Shown here piece by piece: positions 22,425-22,544 of a stretch of DNA of 22,544 nt. This DNA is from Alphaproteobacteria bacterium (GTDB lineage: Bacteria; Pseudomonadota; Alphaproteobacteria; UBA8317). Location: positions 1 to 22,544 of the forward strand of contig JAYPQH010000039.1 in assembly GCA_038131935.1 (NCBI GenBank), given 5' to 3'. The notes under the pieces were generated by a model. It was not told the origin of the DNA. It worked only from the letters and a program-made list of their open reading frames with translations, and did no database searches. Positions within the stretch are counted from its first letter, which is position 1; each line of letters opens with the position of its first letter. Made by a program: the position numbers and the translations under genes.

Positions 22425-22544
22425 ATGAGTCAAGAGATCGAGCGCAAATTTCTGGTCAAAACACAACCAGATCTCTCCCAATATGTAGGCCAAGAAATCA
22501 TACAAGGCTAGGTCACTGGACCGAATGACACATGTGAGGTCCGG
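22425..22544 (+). CDS. CYTH/triphosphate tunnel metalloenzyme family protein, partial at the window edge, with an in-frame TAG at 22509-22511
   Basis: Manual translation MSQEIERKFLVKTQPDLSQYVGQEIIQG*VTGPNDTCEVR shows the ExExK signature (EIERKFLV) and IxQG(Y). It starts 2 nt after the parA stop. Confidence 0.8.

Overview
This window is chromosomal DNA from an AT-richer-than-usual phototrophic alphaproteobacterium, most likely Rhodobacterales-like (inferred from the protein sequences and the bchF/ppaA-ppsR layout). Left end: the edge of a photosynthesis gene cluster, with bchF-bchN-bchB-bchH on the minus strand diverging from ppaA/aerR-ppsR across an intergenic region that carries PpsR boxes. 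The cluster stops abruptly after ppsR. Middle: a SAM methyltransferase, MFS transporter, ketopantoate reductase-family protein, nitroreductase, CitE/HpcH-family lyase, an RCC1-like repeat/Ig-like/dockerin-like protein, a TfdA/TauD dioxygenase, a GMC oxidoreductase, a GFA protein and a secreted delta-class carbonic anhydrase. Right end: a tightly coupled operon of a ribbon-helix-helix protein, a CHAD (polyphosphate-binding) protein, an orphan ParA ATPase and a CYTH protein, preceded by four tandem 8-bp repeats. This operon is the best candidate for an undescribed system (ParA-driven polyphosphate granule positioning). Many genes carry frameshifts, often at homopolymer runs, and two carry in-frame TAG codons. 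This is most simply explained by uncorrected sequencing errors, and it also accounts for the apparent bchF-bchN fusion.
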